DNA of 64,000 bases from Tubulanus polymorphus. Its lineage: Eukaryota > Animalia > Nemertea. How positions within the stretch are numbered: position 1 is the first letter of the stretch; the number at the start of each line of letters is the position of its first letter. The notes under the pieces were generated by a model. It saw only the letters and a list, made by a program, of their open reading frames with translations, was not told the origin of the DNA and searched no databases. Made by a program: the position numbers and the translations under genes. The stretch is taken from the NCBI RefSeq assembly GCF_964204645.1, contig NC_134034.1, forward strand, positions 9,622,962-9,686,961, given 5' to 3'. This document shows, piece after piece, positions 1-13,455 of this stretch.

Positions 1-440
1 TCCGCCAGTGAAGAGAAAGTCTTTTGCAAACATTTCTCTCTCTGAGAGGGACGTTCTATAAATGAAATTTCCTTTTATTTCTAACCGGCCGAAGAAAGAG
101 TTTCCAGTTGTGTTGTTGGAATTGATGGCAATTGTTGTTTCATAAATAAAGAATCGTTAATATAAGTTTAAACCTGCTGTACATAGCAAATTTAAATGAA
201 TGAAAGGGAATTTTATTTTTCAAAATTTACAACATTTCGGGATGTCGATCGAGACAATGGATCGTCAGAGGTGCGATGAGGATCAGTGGTTTTTGGAAGT
301 GCAGCGACCTAATTTACTGAATGACGTTTTGTTTCTCTGAATATCGATGTTTTTGTCGAAATTGAAGTAATTTCGCTAGAATTAATTATTAGAACCTGTA
401 AAAAATCGGCAATTGGCCGCGCCGATTGAAAATTGCTTCC

Positions 441-486
441 AAAGCCCCTGATGATCTCTAGTGAGAGAGTACGAAACGTTGAGTTG
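441..486 (+). ncRNA. Degenerate hammerhead ribozyme remnant
   Basis: CTGATGA 448-454 and GAAACGTT 473-480 with hairpin tctct-agtg-agaga between; stem II base unpaired and stem I mismatched. Confidence 0.4.
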
Positions 487-2619
487 GTTGATTATAATTT
501 TTGATAAACAAAATCCGCTTTCAATCTTTTAAATTATGTATAAATAGTAGGTTTATAAACTTATCAATTCTCCACATAGAGTGTTTTCGGCGCTAATCTA
601 CCGAACGATCGTTGCTTTCAGCAATTATCCTAACTTAAGATAAAATCGCTAATTAGATAGCTTAAGGTTAATGCTCAACTTCACCTTCAGCTCGAAAGAA
701 ACTTAAATAAAAAAGTATGGGACACTAAAAAAATCCTATCAATAAACTTAAAAGATCGAAGGTATTGCCATCCCTATACGATATCAAGATCATTAGACAT
801 TCAGGCCACGCCAAAACCCCTATAACACTCAAACGTCACAGTTTGCAAAGCAATTTCATCCATCAATTTGCGCCATTGAAAGTAATTACTGGCTGTGCAG
901 GCCAGCATTGTATTCTAGAAAGTTAGTACTACAGCACAAAGACCCAACATGAGCCAAGTGACTAACAAAGAAACATAATTAGGCCTGGTATTGTTGGCAA
1001 TGAAATGGCTTAATTACACCACAGGGCAATTAGTGGTCCATGTGCCAGTCAGCCAGTCCAAACAATAGCCCTCAAACTATGAACATAAATTACCGAATAA
1101 ACTACAACCCAGCAATTCCAAACAGTGTTTCTAACACACTTTGATGTTGTGTCATATTGTTGTAAATTATACTGTGAAAATATACAAAGCAGAAAAAAAT
1201 ACAAGCTAGAGTTAACATTGTTGATAGAAAACGTGCACCCAGGTGGCCCAACTCTCTGCCAGACCCCCACATTGCATGGGCCCAGAGACCTAAATGCATG
1301 TAAGGGAGAATTACAAACCAAACAAACATTTCACAGATGATTAATCAAATAAATGTCATTAATATCATTTACGTTTATTTCATAATTAGCGGTCGAAAGA
1401 TTTAATGCCTCTTAATGAGGAGGGAGGGGTACAAACCCCCTTATCCGGAAAAATCATTTTTTAGTCTTTTATTGCGCGTTATTCTGAGCCTAAAGTTCTC
1501 ACAAGTTTGTCTCGCGTCTAAACTTATACCAATTCAAGATTTCAAGACGAAATTCTGATTCATATATTAATGATCAAAAATTGAAATCGATATTCGTATC
1601 AAAATTGAAAAAAATTTTACCAAAATTTAAGGAATCTATCAAAATCTAAATGATACCGAACTCTTGGAATCAGGCGTTTCGTACTGTCAATATTTCTCTA
1701 AGGTCCTGAACTCGTCATGACTGTTATTTCTGAGCCAAAATTGAGGCACTCAAAAATGTAGCGCCCCGTTTGCATTTCATCAAGCGCATGCATTTCAACT
1801 GAAACCCGAACCCTCCAGAACCAGCAATGAACTATGACACGCGATAAATACCGATTCGAAATAGCGACCAATTTTTTCGAATTTCTTGAATTCCACAACC
1901 GCGGCGGCGGCGATATCGGAAAGGAAATAACCCGGTTCATATTTCAAACGCGCTTTCAATTCGTGTAGAAAAAAAATGCACCGTTCAAATAAAACTGCGG
2001 GCGGCAGCTTTACGAAACCTGCATACGCTTGTATGCCCCGGATACTGAGTGAGTAAAGTGGTCTTTTGTAATTTGTTACAATGATCTCACTCTCTCCCTC
2101 TCACTCTCACTCTCATTCTCATTCTCACTCTCTCTCATTCACTCTCTCTCTGTGCGCTTATAACAGTGTAAATAAAACTGTGCAAATACCAATTGAAATA
2201 TGACAAAGTCGCTCGCAAAATATGAACCCCTCATATACGAAATATATATATACATGTAGAAAATTATGTATCGGTTTTTTTTCTAATTCCGGCGAAGAGG
2301 GGTGTATGATATAATGGAAGGGCGCTGCATTGATGGATATTGACCAATTTACTTGCTTTCGCCCCCTTTTCAACTAATTATGACCCCTGACTGTCTGTAT
2401 CAACCCCGTTGACATGTCCATGCTATTATCAACTCTGATTGTAGCTTGCTGCTCTAGCTGTCCGGCTGACTGTGGCTAGCAGGCCTGTCTGCCTACAATT
2501 TAGCTACCTAATTGTTGCTGCGTGGTATAGCTGCCTCGCTGAAGCTACCAGCCTGCCTGCTCTTTTAGCTGCCTTACTGAAACTGCCTGCCTCCAGGCTG
2601 GCAGCCGGCTAGTCAGGCT

Positions 2620-2865
2620 GCCATAGCTACATTAATGTAGCAGGCTGCTATAGCTACATTAATGTAGCAGGCTGCTATAGCTGCCTGATTGTAGCAGGCT
2701 GCTATAGCTGCCTGATTGTAGCAAGCCGCTATAGCTGCCTGATTGTAGCAAGCCGCTATAGCTGCCTGATTGTAGCAAGCCGCTATAGCTGCCTGATTGT
2801 AGCAAGCCGCTATAGGTGCCTGATTGTAGCAAGCCGCTATAGCTGCCTGATTGTAGCAAGCTGCC
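2620..2865. repeat. 27-bp minisatellite
   Basis: Unit tgtagcaagccgctatagctgcctgat. Confidence 0.95.
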
Positions 2866-3167
2866 AGCCTATGTTTGTGCGAAGCTGCTGTTCTATTCTC
2901 AGTCAGTAATGTTTAACTGATGTTTTCTCGGTAAATTTGATCGACATTGATATAATTGAGTGTTGTAATAAATCTTTATTCATTTCTATCGATTATTTCT
3001 CTGGCAGTGACTCAATTAAAAACTATTTATGCACGAAAGCAAGAGCTGCCAGCTATACGCCGCCCGCCACGCTGCTGTGTGGTGAATGAACTCTACTGCA
3101 CGCACTTGCCACAGCAGAACGGGAAACAGAGATGGATATTCAGGGTAGGGGAATAGGTGATCGTGAA

Positions 3168-3555
3168 ACTGGGTTCAGAATTGTGGAATTGGGTTCAGAC
3201 CTACAGTATTGGGTTCAGAACTATTACATTAGGTTCGGAACTACAGTATTAGGTTCAGAACTATGTTATTGAGGTCAGAAATACGCTATTGGGTTCAGAA
3301 CTACACTATTGGGTTCAGAACTACAGTATTGGGTTCAGAACTACAGTATTGGGTTCAGAACTACGCTATTGGGTTCAGAACTACGCTATTGGGTTCAGAA
3401 CTATGGCATTAGGTTCAGAACTATGGTATTGGGTTCAGACCTACAGTATTGGGTTCAGAACTACAGTATTGGGTTCAGAACTACGTAATTGGGTTCGGAA
3501 CTATGGCATTAGGTTCAGAACTACAGTATTATGTTGAGAACTATGGTGTTGGGTT
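3168..3555. repeat. 20-bp minisatellite
   Basis: Unit tattgggttcagaactacag, about 19 copies. Confidence 0.95.
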
Positions 3556-4325
3556 TTAATGAAATTTTAACTCGATTTTTAGGCTTCTGAATCCGAACAA
3601 AACAAACAAATCATCAGATAGAAATTACAGTCCTTTCCTCACTCAGTGTATGGTATTGATTTCACTGAAAATTGATTTGTATTTATTTCAACTGATGTTC
3701 ACAGTGAATCCACGGGTGTTTGTTACGCCACCTGGTGTGGGCCGGTATCACGCTGTTCTTCGGTTAATAATGCTACTCGTAATAAGAAAAAGTGAAAAAA
3801 TAATTAAATTTTTTTTTCCGTCCGACTTAGTCGAAAGTCCCGCGTTCGCCATGTCCGGGCGCGGACTTACATCCACGGTCGAGGTTTACGGTATCATACA
3901 CAAATCACGCTGGCCGTATAGAACTACAACGGAACCTAACGCAAATTTGTGGACTGCGGGCATCAGCGCCACAATGAACGTCAATCTAGTTCTAATAGTC
4001 CTCATTAATACAAATTGCGCAAGTTAAATGCGAATTTCTAATCGGCATCAATTAGCATATATTCAAATCATCGAGCGAAAGCGATGCAAGAATGCTTCAT
4101 CGCCGACGGCAACTGTTCGGACGTAATTCAAAATGCGAGATGCAGATTTTTGTTCGCAGTAACAGATTGCGATATTTATTTTCACCGAGCGAGAGAGAGA
4201 GAGTACAAGGCGGGGTGGAGGGGCAGAGGGGCGGGGGGCGGACGGATGAACGTATGAATATTGATCAGCGATGATGAGTTGTTTTCGAGTGGTTTGTTTT
4301 CACTGTGAAACTGAATGAAATTTAC

Positions 4326-4897
4326 ATGAGTTCATGTTGTTTATGATAAGTTGGTGCAGGAGGGAGAGGAGAGGGGAGGAGGGAAGAAAGGAGAATGGAG
4401 GGGTGAGTATAGGCGAGGGGAGAGGAGAGAGAAGAGAGAGGGGAGAGGAGACAGGAGATAGGGGAAAGGAGACAGGAGACAGGAGAGAGAAGAGAGAGGA
4501 GAGGAGAGAAGGGGGAGGAGACAGAATAGGAGAGAGGAGAGGAGAGAGGAGGGAGGAGAGAGGAGAGTGTGTTTATGTTCATACATTATGACTATATGAG
4601 TTCATGTTGTTTATGATAAGTTGGTGCAAGAGGGAGAGGAGAGGAGAGAGGAGACAGGAGAGGAGAGAGGAAATGAGAGAGGAAATGAGAGAGGAGAGGA
4701 GAGAAGAGAGGAGATGAGACAGGAGAGAGGAGAGGAGAGAGGAGACAGGAGAGAGGAGAGGAGAGAGGAGACAGGAGAGAGGAGACAGGAGAGAGAAGAC
4801 AGGAGAGAGGAGACAGGAGACAATAGAGAGGAGACAGGAGACAATAGAGAGGAGAGAGAGGAGAGGAGAGTGTGTTTATGTTCATACATTATGACTA
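4326..4897. repeat. Tandem duplication (270 and ~300 bp) enclosing GA-rich tracts
   Basis: Identical unique borders atgagttcatgttgtttatgataagttggtgca ... gagtgtgtttatgttcatacattatgacta occur twice. Confidence 0.92.
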
Positions 4898-5829
4898 AAT
4901 GACACATGACGTGAAATCAATCAATCATACGTTTTCTCCGAACATTATTTTAGCAGTTATTGATGTAACTGTGAACGAACGCTGCCTGAATAAATCATAT
5001 TACAACATACTCGGTGAGAGGGGGCGTGGGGGGCGACGTGGGGGTGAGAATAGACACACTGGCTGCGGGGATCCAACCCACAAACCAGTACAGAGAATAT
5101 GGAACGTGGCGATTGGGACGTGTGAGATTTTGACGACGATGTGGGAGACGAAGGAAGAGGATGAAAAGGGAATGATTGAAAGGGAGGGTAAAGAGGGGAT
5201 AGAAAAAACAGCACAGAACGGCGAGGAAAGTAAAAGGTAGGGAGGGAATCGTCGCAGAGGGAATTATAATGACAGTGAAGGGAAAACACAGAAACATCCA
5301 GAGACATTTACTAGTCAGCGGCTCTCACCAGATGGCGCTACATAATACCGAGACACGCCGAGATTGCTTCATACGGACTATACGATGCAGGATGAAATGT
5401 TTGACAGTGGAATCCTATCCACGCTCATATTTTGTCAAGTGGCTCTCTTCCCTCTCTCCCTTCCCTCTCATTCTCTCTCTCTTCCCTCTCACTGTTTCAC
5501 TCTCCCTTCCCTCTCACTGACTCACTCTCTTCCCCTCTTCCCTCTAACTGTCTCACTCTCTCTCCCTCTCCCTCTCACTGACTGACTAATGCGGCTATAT
5601 ATCGCGTACATAGATTCGACTGAAATTCGCGGGGCTGAGACAGCCGCTCGCAAACGCCGGAGCTTCCCGCGATCAAATCACTAACAAGCCGCAAATTCTT
5701 ATAGACAGGCGACCGGTTAAAAATACTATCGATCTCGTCCGCAGTGAGCCCCGCTCTGGGTATTATTATAGGGGATTCAAGTTGACTTCCGGAGAAGGAC
5801 TTTCGCCCAAGAAAGGACAGAAAGGACAC

Positions 5830-6055
5830 TCTGCTACCACATGAACCCTGGATTCATGAGTCTGACTGCTACCACCGGGATTCAAACACATGAATCCTGG
5901 ATTGATGAGAGACCAGCGAAAGATTGACTGACTGCTACCACCATGATTCAAACACATGAATCCTGGATTGATGAGAGACCAGTGAAAGACTGACCGATTG
6001 CTACCACCAGGATTCAAACACATGAATCCCGGATTGATGAGAGACCAGTGAAAGT
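5830..6055. repeat. 66-bp tandem repeat, about 3.5 copies
   Basis: ctgctaccacc.ggattcaaacacatgaatcctggattgatgagagaccag.gaaag repeated. Confidence 0.9.
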
Positions 6056-6396
6056 CGAGTGGATATACAATATGCGATGAAAATGAGAGAAATCCTACAA
6101 TCGTTTCAACTAAAAGATGGAAAATTTTTCATATGATGTAGTGAGGTTCCGCTGTAAACGGTAACATCGAACTTCGAGTCGTAATTTTTTCCAATCCGAT
6201 AATGCAATAATGCAATAATGCAATAAACTTAAACTTAACGCGCATAAACGCGCATAAACTTAAAATCAAGGTAGATGAAAAAGCAGCGCGGTAATACCGA
6301 GTACTTTTCAACACGAGTGCCTTCTGTGTTTTAATGAGTTCTCCGAGTTTTGAATAATAGATGCACGAAGCACTTGAATAACAATAGCGTGCTGCC

Positions 6397-6474
<78 letters not shown>

Positions 6475-8866
6475 ACACAGATTTCAAATTAACCGCGATA
6501 CACTGAGTCCGAAATAATGAGATGGTTCGAATTCCAGACACATAATCAACAGTCGAAAACCTACGTCGAAGTCGTTTGTTCCGCAGGAAGTCAGTCGGAG
6601 TCATCGTAAAAGTTATTAGAAGTCATCCGTGGATGATCAGTTAAAGAATACGAAATACTAGGACGCAGTTGTGAAGTTGTGACTCAAGTCAAAAAGTGGT
6701 CTTATATGTTGTTAGATTGGTTATAGAACCAAAATGAGCTTTGATTGGTTTTAAGTTGTTAGATCAGCTATAGAACCAAAATGAGCCTAGACTGGTCTTC
6801 AGTTGTTAGATTGGCTATAGAACCAAAATGAGCCTAGACTGGTCTTCAGTTGTTAGATTGGCTATAGAACCAAAATGAGTTTAGACCGGTCTTAAGTTGT
6901 TAAATTGGTTATAGAACCAAAATGAGCTTAGACTGGTCTTAAAGTTCTAAGAGTAGTTTTGGAACCAAAGTGAGTATACACCATTAGTTCGACTACTTAA
7001 AATAACTGGTGCAAAGTCGCTCGATTGGCTATATATATATATATATATATATATGGCACCGTCACCATAGGAATACAATTCTATCAAACCTTTGTTGTTT
7101 TATCAAATACGAAACAAAAGACTAATTCAGAAACCTTTCAAGTTGAAACAACGGCACGAAAAGTACGTTCGTTTCAAGTTGAAAAAACGACAAAAAAGAA
7201 AAGAAAAGGTCCCCGAATACGAGAAAGTTCAAAGCATGAATTTCGCGGCGACCGAAAAACTGTCCGCTTCGAGTTTAGATTTATGAGTATGAACCGAGGA
7301 ATACGCGTCGCGCGCTTTGAAGACGAATATTAAAAAACTCGCACAAAAGATATTATTCGAAGCACGCGGCGTTTTATTAGATCAACGACGAATAGTAACC
7401 TAGAAATTCCCGTCGACAACTTGTAAAACAACTTCGCGACGTTCAAACGAGATGACAATTAGCCTAGATACGTTGCTTCGATAGTATTCGGTTTTTTTTC
7501 AACTAGAGAAAGGGGCGTCGTTTCAGATGATCGCTCGTCTCTAGGACGACGGCGGTATTTCTCACGTTCGCGCTGAATGAGGCGGACCCTGACAGGGGCG
7601 CACCTAGGAAAATCGAAAGACCGGGCTCCGAAGAAAATAATGAGGCGTTTCGCAGATCAAAACGTGGACGCGTCATTTGCTACTACTTCGGGGGGAGATC
7701 ATTTTTTTAGAAACAAATTCCAATTTTTATCTGCGTCCAATAACGTAGTGTTTAGATGAAAATAAATTTCCCAATTTCAAAAATACATTCGAATATACAC
7801 AATTTCTGGAAGGTCGAGCATCGAATTTGCAGGTTTCGACGATCTTTGAATTGACGAAACAGGCCGTCTCAAACGGAAGGCTGGGGTCTGGACCATCGAG
7901 ACCACCCCCTAAATTCGCCCCTGTGGGAGGAAGGAAGGAGGGGAGAGAAGGGGGATGGGAGGAAAAGGTAGAGAGGAGAGTGGACAGGGGGAAGGAGGGG
8001 AGGGAGAGGGGGAAAGGGAATGGGAGAAAGGAGAGAAGAGAGTGGACAGGGAGGAAGGAGGGAAAGGATAGGAGAGGGATTGGACAGAGAGAGGGAGGGA
8101 TGAAAGGGGAGGAAGGAGAGAGGGCGGGATGAAAGGGAAGGAAAGGAGAGAGGGAGGGATGAAAGGGGAGGAAGGAGAGAGGGCGGGATGAAAGGGAAGG
8201 AAAGGAGAGAGGGCAGGATGAAAGGGAAGGAAAGGAGAGAGGGAGGGAATGCGAAGGAGAGCGCATAGAACAGCAGTGTCTGTATTCATATGATGACAGT
8301 AATAGATATAACAGTGAGTAGAGAATATATTTATCTAATGGGTGTGGTGTAAGCGCTCGCTCGTGTATCAAACCTGAGGTTTAATGTCATATATATCCGC
8401 CGTGGTGATATAGGCAATTAATTAATGCGAAATAATAACGACTATAACGCGATGTCGAAACAATATCCGCGCGTAAAGCGTTTCGCAAAAAAAATAAACC
8501 CTTCACACTTTGAAATTAGATTATACTTTGATTAAAAACTTTATGTTTTAGGATCCCTGGTGGTGGATACGAGAGGCAATTGCTCAGCCTATGAGTCCGA
8601 CAGTGGTCTAACATCATAAGGCTTAAATGAAACTAGGTTAGACCGGTCTTAAGTTGTTAGATTCGTTATAGAACCAAAATGAGTTTAGACTGGTCTTAAG
8701 TTGTTAAGATCGGCTAAAGAAACGAAATAAGCTTAAAATGATCTTAAGTCTAAGAACTGACTAATACAGGATGACTTAGGCTCGTGGTAAAATGTACTAC
8801 AATGGAAGGTATTTCTGGAATAAGTTACTGGAATAAGTAAGTGAACAGTACTTTAAGCCGCTCGAA

Positions 8867-9003
8867 GACAATCCCAATGACAATCCCGACAACAATCCCA
8901 ATGACAATCCCGACAACAATCCCAATGACAATCCCAATGACAATCCCGACAACAATCCCGACGACAATCCCAATGACAATCCCGATGACAATCCCGACGA
9001 CAA
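8867..9003. repeat. 12-bp tandem repeat
   Basis: gacaatcccaat / aacaatcccgac variants. Confidence 0.93.
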
Positions 9004-9476
9004 TTAGCAAGGACGCCGAAATTTTTTTCTCTGATATAATTAATTAATCACAGCAAACGAAGTCGATCGCGATTTCTGGCGAACGAACGGTCGAGGGCCA
9101 GGTGTACGCGACAAGCGCGATTAATTGATCGAAAAACCATCGTCGCCGTCATCGTCGCCGTGCACGCCGCACACAAGAGCCGCCGACGAACGCTACGTGA
9201 GCGAAAACAATACCAACCGCGACGAACATCAATTACTCTATTCAGTCGCGATTTTAAACCCGCAATCCGCTATAATCAATCGGTTATTGATTCATTCGTC
9301 GATTGATCGATTGATTATTGATCGTATCGATTTTTTTACGTAGAAACATTTCGCAGAAAATTCACCGCTTTCAATATGAGAAATCGACGATGAAAAAATA
9401 AATGAGTCTTAATATTACCCAAAATCGGGGAATATTCGTTACAATCAGGGATTGTGCCTCACAATCACAGCCTTTT

Positions 9477-9790
9477 AGCCGTCATCGCGCGGACACAGTT
9501 TTGGCCCAGGCCAAATTTGCTTGAATCGGGCCCCCGAGTCAAATTTGGCCTGTGCCTAATAAGAGAGCGCGTTCACACATAGACCACTGACTCGATACTA
9601 AACAATGCTTCAATAAAGTGAAATAAGTCATTTCCAGAATCAGTTGCAATCGGAATCATTTGTGCCATGTTAAAATTTGGCACGGGCCTGGGTCAAACAC
9701 ATATACCGGGCTCATTCGGCTACTGCGTGGACAGTTGTTCCAGGGCCAAATTTGGCACGGGCCAAAAAAGGCTCGTGCGATCGCTGCATA
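9477..9790. mobile_element. MITE family member (other copies 29590-30250, interrupted, and 45353-45610)
   Basis: Shared core gagtcaaatttggc...gttcacacat...ccact..ctcgatactaaacaatg; imperfect terminal inverted repeats with ttttggccc.ggccaaatttg. Confidence 0.75.
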
Positions 9791-9891
9791 AAATCAGGGA
9801 TAGTTCGTAAAAGTCAAAGAAAGTTCTTAACAATCAGTTGATTGTTCATGACAATCAATTCAACAGATTAAAATCAGGGATAGCTCCTTAA

Positions 9892-10694
9892 AGGCTGGCT
9901 TATGTCGACAAGCAACGCGACGCCTACCGACTCCTACCGACGCAACTGAGAGCAACCGCGATCGCAGCCCAGCTTATGTCGACTGCGCTCCGATTCGCAG
10001 CAACTGAGGCCGACTATCGGGATACGAGATCCTCCCAGTTGCTTCCCTGCTTATGTCAGTTACGATTACTGGCAACTGCAACGGCTCAGATGGTCACGTG
10101 ATAAGCATTTTGAGAATAAATTTGATTTACTTTGAATTATTGGGGAATATATTTCTTTTAGAAAAGTTATTTCTTTAAGATCTTTATCTTTCTGATTCTG
10201 TTTGAATGCAATGTGCTAGCGACACCATATAAAGATGGCCGCTCACACCATAATTCTACCAATTTCGCTTCTAGATCTTCGGTCCAGTCATCTGCCGTGC
10301 TGAAGGTTTGGTTTACATTTTGAACTACTTGAATTTGAAAGTTTATGACTAGTTACGAATGACGCTAACTAGCGGTGATAATTTGTACTATGTATATGCG
10401 GTCTCCTTTTGGCTGGAACCCCTGCGCTCAGTTCCGCCGCGTTGCAGATGAGCTTATGTCGGTTGCGATCGAAAGCAACTGTCCGCCTACTGTAGGCCGG
10501 AGTAGAACATAGGCAACTAGCCGGATACGGCTTGCGACGAGTCGGTAGGCGTCGGGTTGCCGTCGCGAGCCGGCTTATGTCGAACCGATAGAGCAGCAAC
10601 TGGTGGCCTCTCGTAGGCCGCTAGTTGCCGCTAATCGGCGATAAATCCAGTTGCGTCTGTAGGCGTCGCGTTGCTTGTCGACATAAGCCAGCCT
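9892..10694. mobile_element. Non-autonomous DNA transposon (PIF/Harbinger-like MITE)
   Basis: 36-bp perfect TIRs aggctggcttatgtcgacaagcaacgcgacgcctac, TAA on both sides (9889-9891, 10695-10697), internal gcttatgtc subrepeats. Confidence 0.9.
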
Positions 10695-10936
10695 TAAATT
10701 CAAAGATCTTTCTTCACATTCAGTCGATTGTTCTTGACAATCAATAAAGCAGAACAGATCATCCGTGTAACAATAAGATAGACACAGCAGGGTCAGTGCC
10801 AATTGGATAGTGAAAAACATCCAAACCCCAATTTCTAATAATCTATTTATATTTCCCAATTATCTTTTACCACGGAATTTATATTCCCCTAAGGGGGAGG
10901 GGGCTGTAAGGGGGGGGATGAAACTGAAGTACTTAC

Positions 10937-11029
10937 GGATTGATTATATCCTAGAAGCTGCATGTAACCGGACAGTAAATTAGGATCCACTAGATTCCAA
11001 GATGAATACATAGAACTGTCGGTTAACAT
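10937..11029 (-). CDS. Alternative first coding exon (MLTDSSMYSSWNLVDPNLLSGYMQLLGYNQS)
   Basis: 31 codons, perfect donor TCC|gtaagt, phase 0; preceded by a 5'UTR-like CpG/CAG-rich stretch up to a (TCAT)n tract near 11580-11630. Confidence 0.72.
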
Positions 11030-11266
11030 CGAGATAAACCACACACACGCCGGAGAATTCGCGCAGTCGCGTCGTGAAAAACAAAAACGAAAATCCAACG
11101 CAAGCGACGAAGATCGAAAATGGAAAATCAAACGCGAAAAAATCACGAGAGAAATTTATCGATAAATCCGTCTGAATATGCACTGTACAATAGTAAAGCG
11201 CCGCGTTCGTCGACAACGATTTCAATATGAACAACTTTGTGATTTATATCGTACACGCAGATATTA

Positions 11267-11305
<39 letters not shown>

Positions 11306-12890
11306 GTTGTTGATATCGTTGGACGGAGATTGAACGCGCGTGCCGAGACCTGTGTGGTGTGCGTGCGGATTGATCCCTGGTAAGTGATGTTGCTGCTGCT
11401 GCTGTTGTTGCTAGTGCTGCTGCTGCTGCTGTTGTTGCTGGTGCGCGCGTGTGTGAAGATCGATCGGTCGTTGAATTCGATTCTTTTCTCGTCACACGGT
11501 AATTAGTAGCAGTAGTTGGCGTAGAAGGTTTTGAATATTTACGAGCCGCCTGATAACCGATCCGTACGTGGGGACAGTCAATGAATGAATGAATGAATGA
11601 ATGAATGAATGAATGAATGAATGAATGAATGAAATGCACGATTCAATAGTAGATAGGCTCCTTGTCGCGCCGCGCGACACCATTTTCATAACGTTTTGAA
11701 CGTGTAAGATTTTTTTTAAAGAATACTTTTTGATTTGATCTCCTCTGTTAACAAACCCACCACACCTGCAGGGAACGAATCAGGGGGGATGATTCCGAAA
11801 AAACAGATATCGACGTACAAATATAGCCAGGTGATCGGCGGTCGAATTTACACAACTTTATTTTCGTTTTTTTAACCTTATCATCCACTCTCCACTATCC
11901 ACAGTCTGACCACTATCCACAGTCAGGGTGTACGGCCTATTTGACTATACTTAAAAAGAGGTTGCTGTCGAGAAATCGTGATTCGTGTCCAAAAATATCT
12001 TTCGGGAGAAAATATCAAACCATTTGACTTTTAAAAAAGGCGTGACGCCACGAGAGAATCCGACTATGATAACGCGATACAAAGTCTGAAAACGTTTCCT
12101 CGAGCTAGTAGTAGTTTATTCGGAGTTTCGACTACAGTCATCTTCAAAACTTAAAACATCCAAAATGAACAAATTTCTAACACGAGGATTGAACTGGGTC
12201 TGAATCGCGAGCAACCGGGCATATTCAGGATTTCGAAAGACTTCTTGTAGAACGTTTTAATCTAGCCGGTTTTTTTTCTCTAGATCTCTGACACCGATAT
12301 TGCGACATATTCGGGGTAACTCTCTCTCTCCCTCTCTCTAGATGGAGATATCCGTGTGCAAATTTTACCCATGACAGCTACCGATCCCTGGATATATAAT
12401 AACAAAGCATTTATCAAACCCGGGTAAGTAAACATGTACTCGACAGGGTATCAGCCATACTACCGACGATCATCGAAATCAAAAAAATGGAAATAGCTAC
12501 GATACACACGCATACAAAAACTTGTATATTTATATTGCAAGATATGAAGGGAAAGAAACGGGTCAGAAAACCACCAACAAAGCCATCGCAAGAATTCCTC
12601 AATTCATTCCTCAATTCCTCGCAAATATGTCTCATTACGTGACCAGATATTTCGATTTTATGTTTATCAGATTCCGCAGTGACATTCCAACCAGTGTTAT
12701 GTCTCTCTTCTTTCTTCTCGTGCTCTCATTCTCTCTTTCTTTCCTCCCTTCTTACTCTCCTCTCCTTTCCCTCTCAACTCCATCTCTCTCCCTTTCCTTC
12801 TCCCTCTCCCTCTCTCTCCCTTATACTCCATCTATCTCTCCACTCCATCGCTCTCCTCTCTCCCTTACTCTCTCCCTCTCCTTGTCCACT

Positions 12891-12938
<48 letters not shown>

Positions 12939-13280
12939 CCTTTCCTCTCTCCCTTACCCTCTCTTCCCTAACTCTATCCCTTTCCTCTCTAATGTCTCCC
13001 TTTCCTCTCTCCCTCTCCCTCTCCCTCTCCCTATCTTCCCCTTCTTATGCACAGAATCAATTACGTGCAAATTCTCGAGTCAAGTCCGATTATTCCTTAT
13101 CTCCGAATGAAGGACTTGAAAATTCGGGGTTCAGTCCCTGAATCGAAACTGTCCCGATTTTAGGCGAAGATACCTTTTCCAATCGAAGAACTAGCAGATA
13201 CTGAGTCAGAGTTTCTAAATTGAAGATTCTAGAATCTGAGCAGTTCTAAGGTCAGTCTGTGACTTGCAGTTCATGAGGGG

Positions 13281-13455
13281 AAGTTCCCAAAGTGAATACT
13301 AGCTGTTTCCGGGTTCACTAGTCTAAGTTCCCGAAGTGAATACTAGCTGTTTACGGATCACTTGTCTGAATTCCCGAAGTGAATACTAGCTGCTTCCAGG
13401 TTCACTAGTCTGAGTTCCCGAAGTGAATACTAGCTTTTCCGGGTTCACTAGTCTG
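13281..13455. repeat. 44-bp tandem repeat, 4 copies
   Basis: aagttccc.aagtgaatactagctgtttccgggttcactagtct. Confidence 0.9.

Noticed and set aside
228-272. Minus-strand CTGACGA...GAAA hammerhead-like motif
   Set aside because: Stem II base and stem I do not pair.
11320-11341. miR-184-like start tggacggaga
   Set aside because: Only the first 10 nt match and there is no hairpin partner arm.
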